Sequence record: DRR723986_1726
Direction: 5' to 3' (one strand)
DNA: 44,834 nucleotides
A program made the position numbers and the translations under genes. Of the stretch, positions 38,795-44,834 are shown one piece after another. Under the pieces are notes generated by a model. The model made no database searches and had not been told where the DNA came from. It saw only the letters and a list, made by a program, of their open reading frames with translations. Each line of letters opens with the position of its first letter. The stretch's first letter is position 1.

Positions 38795-39987
38795 CTCAAT
38801 CCCTCAATGGTAAGTACCCCGTCTTCATAGTCTTCAATCCAGATCAAAAACTCATCTGCGGACATGGGCTTCCCCAAATAATAGCCCTGAGCAAAATTGG
38901 CCCCCATTTGCATGGCCATTTTAAGCTGCGCTTGTGTTTCCACACCTTCTATTGTTGACGTTAGATTGAGCTTTTTAGTCAGGTCAATTGCTGCTTCAAA
39001 AATTGTTTTGGCTATTTCATCTTCGTTGGCCCGAACTAGAAAAGTACGATCGACGACTATTTCATCAAATGGGATTGATTTCAGCCTCATGAGAGGCGCA
39101 AAACCCGCCGCGAAATCATCTAGGGTAAGGCCAAACCCCCGCGCATGTAGTTTTGCCAAATTTTCCAGAGGCATGCGTTCATCAACTTGAAAGTCTGCCT
39201 CGGTTACTTCAAGGCGCACCATGGCAGGATCAACACCAAACTGTTCAGCAAGGCCAGAAACGACGTCGGCAAAATCAGCCTTACGCAAATTCTCGCTTGA
39301 TGTATTTATAGATAGCGGCACGTCTTTGCCTTCGCGTCGCCATTTGCCTTGTTGTTGTAAGGCAAGCTCTAACATTCTATAGGTTAGTGCGTCCATGTAG
39401 CCCTTTTCCCGCGCGATTTTGATAACCGCGCCAGCGCCTAGTAAACCACCCCCAGGCGCCTTCCAGCGGGCGAATGCTTCTGCACCCACTACTTTCCCGC
39501 TCTGCAGGTCAATTTTTGGCTGAAATACGGGCGATAAGCCGTCAGTCATAAGGCCGCGCATGAATTCCGTTTCAGCAAGCCCGGTTTGCGCGCCTTCGCT
39601 GTCACCGCCCCCAAGACTGGCCACATCACGCAATGCGCCGTGCAAATGGCTACGGTCAACCGGGCTGGATAAAGTGCCCAACAAATTAACACTATAAGCC
39701 AACGCATGATCACGAATTTTCTGTTGGGTTACGGGGTCATTGTCACCAACTAAAATAATCGAAGGCCGCCTTTCAAACGCAGCAACACACTCAATAAGCG
39801 CAAAACCGTCTAAGCCTGCCAAAGCCACATTAGCAACAACAACATCAAAGTGTTCGGTGTTTAATATGTCGCGCGCTTGATCACCGCCTATTGCGCCTGC
39901 CACCAGAAACTCACTGCCGGACAAATATCCCAGCAGCGTTTCTTGGAGGCTCGCAGTTGCATCAATGGCCAGAATACGCTTCGCCAC
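38791..39987 (-). CDS. REC-EAL domain protein with degenerate motifs
   Basis: FQPKIDL...GAEAFARW, LEVTE, LDDFAAG, EGVET, QGYY; N-terminal receiver-like fold. Confidence 0.85.
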   Translation of the reverse strand: MAKRILAIDATASLQETLLGYLSGSEFLVAGAIGGDQARDILNTEHFDVVVANVALAGLDGFALIECVAAFERRPSIILVGDNDPVTQQKIRDHALAYSVNLLGTLSSPVDRSHLHGALRDVASLGGGDSEGAQTGLAETEFMRGLMTDGLSPVFQPKIDLQSGKVVGAEAFARWKAPGGGLLGAGAVIKIAREKGYMDALTYRMLELALQQQGKWRREGKDVPLSINTSSENLRKADFADVVSGLAEQFGVDPAMVRLEVTEADFQVDERMPLENLAKLHARGFGLTLDDFAAGFAPLMRLKSIPFDEIVVDRTFLVRANEDEIAKTIFEAAIDLTKKLNLTSTIEGVETQAQLKMAMQMGANFAQGYYLGKPMSADEFLIWIEDYEDGVLTIEGLS

Positions 39988-40077
39988 ACGGCTTTCCTTT
40001 CATCAGCTTTAGCAGGCAATAGCTGCCAGTTGCGCTTGAAAGGTTATATTTTAAGAACGTATTGGTTAATATCTGCT

Positions 40078-41664
40078 TTACTTTTCCTCACCCGCAGGGT
40101 GAAAACGCAAAACAGGATGGCGAGCTGCCCTGGTTTCATCCAACCGCTTCCAAGGCGCAAAGTAAGGCGCACCTTCAAAGCGCTTGGTTTCGCCAGTCGC
40201 AGCTGTCTCGGCTAACCCACGCATTGAACGTATGAATTGGTCCATATTATATTTGGACTCGGTTTCAGTAGGCTCAATCAACATTGCACCGTGTACAACC
40301 AATGGGAAATACATGGTCATCGGGTGGTAACCCTCATCAATCATGGCTTTAGCAAAATCGAGTGTTGTCACACCCGTATCTTTCAGGAACCCATCATCAA
40401 ACAAAGCTTCGTGCATGCAAGGACCCTCAAAAGAGGCCGTCATAACATCTTGAAGGGAAGCCAGAATATAGTTAGCGTTTAAAACAGCATCCTCAGCAGC
40501 TTGACGAATGCCGTCTGACCCATGACTGAGCATATAGCTAAGCGCTCGTACATACATACCCATTTGGCCGTGAAATGCGGTTAATCGACCCAGTGACTGG
40601 TCAGTTTCATCGGACCATTCATGGATCTTTTTTCCGCTTCCAGTGGTGACAACGTTCGGCAGAGGCGCAAAGTTTTTCAAAGCGTCCGAGAACACAACAG
40701 GACCAGACCCCGGCCCGCCACCGCCGTGCGGCGTGGAGAATGTTTTGTGCAAATTAAGGTGCATGGCATCTACGCCCAAATCACCGGGACGTGCTTTGCC
40801 CATGATAGCGTTGAAATTTGCACCGTCACAATAAAAGAAAGCGCCTGCTTTATGAATTGCATCGGCTATTTCTTTAATTTCACTTTCAAATAAGCCGCAT
40901 GTGTTGGGATTGGTAATCATCACCGCAGCAACAGTGTCGTCCAATGCGGCAAGCAAAGCGTCTAAATCTACACGGCCATTTTCTTTTGCCGGAATTGACT
41001 TTACCTTATAGCCACAGAAGGCTGCTGTCGCCGGATTCGTGCCGTGTGCGCTTTCTGGACATAGAACCACTTCGCGGGCGTCGCCGCGGGCTTCAAGGGC
41101 AGCACGGATCGCCATAACACCGCATAGCTCACCGTGTGCGCCCGCCTTAGGCGAAAGCGCCACCGCAGGCATACCTGTTAAGGTGCATATCCAGTGGCTG
41201 AGCTGATCCATTAACTCCAGGGCGCCTTGCACAGTTGACATAGGCTGCAACGGATGAATGTCGCCAAAACCAGGCAATCGAGCCATTTTTTCATTAAGGC
41301 GCGGGTTATGCTTCATTGTGCAGGAACCAAGCGGAAAAACCCCCATATCAATACCGTAATTCCTGCGTGATAGGCGGGTAAAGTGTCGCACCACGTCAGG
41401 CTCAGGCAAACCGGGGCAGCCTATTTCGCCTGTTCGCTCAAGGGTGCCGATCGACATTTCAAAGTCGTCCGTTTCGTCAACATCAACGCCTGTTGTCCTG
41501 GTGGAACCAAGCTCAAAAATCAACGGCTCAAAAAGCCTAAGCCCACGATGGCCTGAAAAACTTTCGAAAACCGGCGTCATTTCAGCAGTGTTTTCATCTA
41601 TATTCACGCCCGCATCATTACTAACGGTAGGTGCAGTTGGACGGCCCTGTGCATTCATGCTCAT
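40078..41664 (-). CDS. gcvPB: Glycine dehydrogenase (decarboxylating) subunit 2
   Basis: [37 protein letters not shown]. Confidence 0.96.
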   Translation of the reverse strand: MSMNAQGRPTAPTVSNDAGVNIDENTAEMTPVFESFSGHRGLRLFEPLIFELGSTRTTGVDVDETDDFEMSIGTLERTGEIGCPGLPEPDVVRHFTRLSRRNYGIDMGVFPLGSCTMKHNPRLNEKMARLPGFGDIHPLQPMSTVQGALELMDQLSHWICTLTGMPAVALSPKAGAHGELCGVMAIRAALEARGDAREVVLCPESAHGTNPATAAFCGYKVKSIPAKENGRVDLDALLAALDDTVAAVMITNPNTCGLFESEIKEIADAIHKAGAFFYCDGANFNAIMGKARPGDLGVDAMHLNLHKTFSTPHGGGGPGSGPVVFSDALKNFAPLPNVVTTGSGKKIHEWSDETDQSLGRLTAFHGQMGMYVRALSYMLSHGSDGIRQAAEDAVLNANYILASLQDVMTASFEGPCMHEALFDDGFLKDTGVTTLDFAKAMIDEGYHPMTMYFPLVVHGAMLIEPTETESKYNMDQFIRSMRGLAETAATGETKRFEGAPYFAPWKRLDETRAARHPVLRFHPAGEEK

Positions 41665-43010
41665 TGTACTGCCTCCTTCAACTTGGTTAGCAAGATATCA
41701 ATATCTTCATCGGTCACGGTTTCTGTTGCCGCCATAATTAAATGGTTTTCAAAGCCCTGTCCGGGATATAACCGTTCCATTGGCACGCCGGCCAGTACAC
41801 CCTCAGTTGCCAACGCATCAACAACCTCCGTCGCATTTCGCGGTAAGCACACTGTAAATTCATTGAAGAAGCTGGCATTCAAGACCGGGAAGCCTGCATC
41901 ATTTAAAGCATCGCGCAAGCCGCAGGCCTTTTTGTGGTTTACCTTTGCCAGTTGGCGCAGGCCTTTCTCGCCGAGCAAGCTCATGTGCACGGTGAAGGCA
42001 AGCGAACATAAGCCACTATTGGTGCATATGTTGGATGTCGCCTTTTCGCGCCTGATATGCTGTTCGCGTGTTGATAGCGTTAGCACAAAACCTTCTTCAC
42101 CGTCCGCATCTACCGTTTTACCGCACAAGCGGCCCGGCATCTGACGAACATATTTCTGATTGGTGGCAAACAAACCAAGATACGGCCCGCCAAAGTTTAG
42201 GCCGTTGCCAATAGACTGCCCCTCACCAACAACGATATCCGCGCCCATTTCACCCGGGCTTTTAATTAGGCCAAGCGACATAACTTCTGTCACGACAACA
42301 ATCAAAAGCGCCTTATGGGCATGGGCTGCCTCTGCAATAGGGCCAAGGTCAAGAACACTGCCATTAATCCCCGGGTTTTGCACCACCACGCAGCTTGTTG
42401 TCTCGTCAATTGCATCCAATGCGGCTTGTAATTCTACGCCTGCATCTGCCGGGTTTGGCAGCTGACAGACAATTTCATCATCGGTGAACTGCGTCGTCGT
42501 CTCAACCACGGCACGATAATGCGCATGAACGCTTCCAGCGATGATCGCTCGTTTTTTGCGCGTAACACGCCGCGCCATCATAACCGCCTCTGCCGTGGAC
42601 GTAGAACCGTCATACATACTGGCATTTGCCACATCCATGCCGGTCAATTGTGCCACAAGTGTTTGAAACTCAAATAAATATTGAAGTGTGCCTTGCGCAA
42701 TTTCTGGCTGATAAGGCGTATAGGCGGTTAAAAACTCACCGCGCTGGATCATATGATCTACGGTGGCAGGCACATGGTGCTTGTACGCGCCCGCACCAAC
42801 AAAAAAAGGTACAGACCCTGCTGCAGTATTTTTGCCTGCGAGCGCCGACAAGTGTCTTTCCACAGCCATTTCACTTTGGCGTTTTGGCAAGTCAATATCC
42901 GGGTTCAAAACCGCTTTGGGAACATCCCTAAACAAATCGTCAATGTGACGAACCCCAATTTTCGCCAGCATAGCCTGGCGATCATCACCCGTGAGCGGAA
43001 GATAACGCAT
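41661..43010 (-). CDS. gcvPA: Glycine dehydrogenase (decarboxylating) subunit 1
   Basis: [38 protein letters not shown]. Confidence 0.96.
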   Translation of the reverse strand: MRYLPLTGDDRQAMLAKIGVRHIDDLFRDVPKAVLNPDIDLPKRQSEMAVERHLSALAGKNTAAGSVPFFVGAGAYKHHVPATVDHMIQRGEFLTAYTPYQPEIAQGTLQYLFEFQTLVAQLTGMDVANASMYDGSTSTAEAVMMARRVTRKKRAIIAGSVHAHYRAVVETTTQFTDDEIVCQLPNPADAGVELQAALDAIDETTSCVVVQNPGINGSVLDLGPIAEAAHAHKALLIVVVTEVMSLGLIKSPGEMGADIVVGEGQSIGNGLNFGGPYLGLFATNQKYVRQMPGRLCGKTVDADGEEGFVLTLSTREQHIRREKATSNICTNSGLCSLAFTVHMSLLGEKGLRQLAKVNHKKACGLRDALNDAGFPVLNASFFNEFTVCLPRNATEVVDALATEGVLAGVPMERLYPGQGFENHLIMAATETVTDEDIDILLTKLKEAVQ

Positions 43011-43085
43011 GTGCGTGCTCCTTACATATCGGCCTTACTCAGCAAACCCTGAGCATTGTCCTGAAACCAAAAACATTAAAAAGAG

Positions 43086-43463
43086 TTAGTCGAGACCTGC
43101 AACATGAGCATCATATGCAGCTTGGTCCATCAATGCATCTGCCTCGGCTGCATCCGCTAATTTTATTTTAAAAAACCAACCATTTTCGGTTGGGCTGGTG
43201 TTCACCAAAGCTGGCTCATCCTGCAGAGCTTCGTTAACCTCAACAATTTCACCATTAAGCGGCGCATATACTTCACTCGCCGCTTTCACAGACTCAACAA
43301 CTGCCACTTCATCGCCGGTACTAAAATCTGCCCCTACATCAGGTAGTTCAACAAATACAACGTCACCGAGCGCATTTTGCGCATAGTCTGTGATACCAAC
43401 AGTTGCGATATCGCCGTCAACCTCAATCCATTCATGGTCTTCAGTGTATTTAGTCATGGTCAT
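43086..43463 (-). CDS. gcvH: Glycine cleavage system H protein (true start may be ATG 43457)
   Basis: HEWI...GITDYAQ...[10 protein letters not shown]...[10 protein letters not shown] (lipoyl Lys). Confidence 0.97.
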   Translation of the reverse strand: MTMTKYTEDHEWIEVDGDIATVGITDYAQNALGDVVFVELPDVGADFSTGDEVAVVESVKAASEVYAPLNGEIVEVNEALQDEPALVNTSPTENGWFFKIKLADAAEADALMDQAAYDAHVAGLD

Positions 43464-43498
43464 TCCCCTCTAGTAATATCGTTTTTCACGTAATGAAC

Positions 43499-44629
43499 TT
43501 AAACTTGTTTGCGCTTGTAACGCTGCGGCACAAAGGGTGTCGCAGCCACTGTTGCGCTGTGCGCCTTACCTCTGATTATCAAGTGAACTTCCGTGCCATT
43601 CTCAGCATATGCCTTGGGTACAAACCCCATGGCAACGGGTCCGCCGAATGTGGGGCCAAACCCACCGGATGTGATTTTTCCAATGATAGTGCCATTTGCA
43701 TCCGCAATTTCGGTGCCCTCTCGCGCAGGGGCACGACCAGAAGGCACAATACCCACACGAATATTCTCTGCACCTGCCTCAAGCTCAGACAAAATCCGCT
43801 CTGCACCAACAAAATCACCCACTTCGCGCCGCTTTTTACCCAGGGCAAAGGTAATATTCGCCGCAACCGGGCTGGTTGAAGCATCAAAATCGTGGCCGGA
43901 CAGACATAAACCTGCCTCCAAGCGTAAGCTATCACGAGCGCCAAGGCCGATAAGTTCAACATCGTCGTTTAAGAGCAATCGCCGTGCAAATGCATCTGCT
44001 TCATCTGCAGGTACAGAAATCTCGTAGCCATCCTCACCGGTATAGCCAGAGCGAGACACCCAACACACAACACCCTCAAGAGTTACCATTGTTGCTTCCA
44101 TAAACGACATTTCAGCAACTTCAGGCGCAAGGGACGCCAGAACTGCTTCCGCTTTTGGCCCCTGCAAAGCAATCAAGGCTCTGTCTTCAAGAGGCTCAAG
44201 TGTTATGCGCCCATCAAGTTTGTCTTCAAGAATTTGATAATCTTTGTCTTTGCATGCCGCGTTAACCACAACATAAAGCGTACCTTCAGGTTCGAACGTT
44301 CGGGTCACCATTAGGTCATCTTCAATGCCGCCCTCGTCATTCAGTAAAACCGAATAGCGCATTTTGCCTGGCTTCAGCACCGCCAGGGCGCTTGGCATAA
44401 GCTCCTCAATAATTTTGGCTGGGTCGCTGCCGTCCGTTGAGCGAATATAAGCCTGTCCCATGTGAGACACATCAAACAAGCCAGCTTTTTCGCGTGTGTG
44501 GATATGTTCTTTCATAATTCCAAGGGGATACTGAACTGGCATGGAATAACCCGCAAACGGCACCATCTTGCCGCCAGCTTCCACATGAAGATCATATAAT
44601 GGTGTTGTTAAGAGGTGGTCGTCTGTCAT
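43499..44629 (-). CDS. gcvT: Glycine cleavage system aminomethyltransferase T
   Basis: Start ATG 44629 (MTDDHLLTTPL); GLFDVSHMGQ, RSGYTGEDGYEI, GLGARDSLRLEAG. Confidence 0.96.
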   Translation of the reverse strand: MTDDHLLTTPLYDLHVEAGGKMVPFAGYSMPVQYPLGIMKEHIHTREKAGLFDVSHMGQAYIRSTDGSDPAKIIEELMPSALAVLKPGKMRYSVLLNDEGGIEDDLMVTRTFEPEGTLYVVVNAACKDKDYQILEDKLDGRITLEPLEDRALIALQGPKAEAVLASLAPEVAEMSFMEATMVTLEGVVCWVSRSGYTGEDGYEISVPADEADAFARRLLLNDDVELIGLGARDSLRLEAGLCLSGHDFDASTSPVAANITFALGKKRREVGDFVGAERILSELEAGAENIRVGIVPSGRAPAREGTEIADANGTIIGKITSGGFGPTFGGPVAMGFVPKAYAENGTEVHLIIRGKAHSATVAATPFVPQRYKRKQV

Positions 44630-44674
44630 GGCAACACTCCGCGCGTGAGAAGCACCGGAAAAACCGGCAATCAC

Positions 44675-44834
44675 GCCCCATCTGTCACGGAACCTGAGAG
44701 ATTTCGCCGACGCAGTTGCGCCCGCTTACCCCGTCGGTGAGGAACAGTGACAACCGTGTCACTATCCCTGCTTTCCAGAGTGTCACTTTAATGCGCGGTC
44801 CTTTTGCCTGAGAGTTTCCGGGGCGGTTGCTCCT
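44675..44834 (-). ncRNA. Tandem glycine riboswitch (first aptamer truncated by the window edge)
   Basis: Minus strand AGGAGCAA...ACTCTCAGGCAAAAGGAC...CTCTGGAAAG...CACCGACGGGGTAA...AATCTCTCAGGT, directly upstream of gcvT. Confidence 0.93.

Noticed and set aside
40040-40072. Possible CtrA site upstream of the REC-EAL gene (also a half-site near 21222)
   Set aside because: TTAA spacing is 11, not 7; only TTAACCAA half-site-like words are present, which is too weak.

Overview
Chromosomal window from an alphaproteobacterium, judged by ccrM, the split F0 operon atpI-B-E-F'-F, the GAAC-N7-GAAC SOS box and the split gcvPA/gcvPB. A marine lineage such as Kordiimonadales is only a guess. The backbone is housekeeping: ettA (partial), the F0 ATP synthase operon, smc, two dsbA-like genes, a DciA/DUF721 gene, mutY, ccrM, rnhB, rmuC, a PA0069-type radical SAM gene, and gcvT-H-PA-PB behind a tandem glycine riboswitch. 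Stress, detox and transport genes are interspersed. No mobile element, CRISPR, rRNA or tRNA was seen. The most interesting signals lie in unannotated gaps. (1) A predicted ~525-nt, highly structured minus-strand transcript (27404-27930) has its own sigma70-like promoter and terminator, seven CCCC tracts plus a CCCUCCC loop, and a 46-codon Arg-rich ORF. (2) A complete sigma54 transcription unit (two TGT-N10-ACA enhancers, IHF-like site, -24/-12 box, terminator) drives only a 44-codon ORF resembling the N-terminus of a MacB/FtsX-type ABC permease. (3) A CxxC/RAPP leader gene with a Zur-like box precedes a His-rich ZnuD-like TonB receptor, with an anti-SD placed where a stalled ribosome would sit. 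(4) An ECF sigma/membrane-protein pair is tandemly duplicated, each copy with its own GAACC-N16-CGT promoter. All calls come from reading the sequence by eye; no searches were run.
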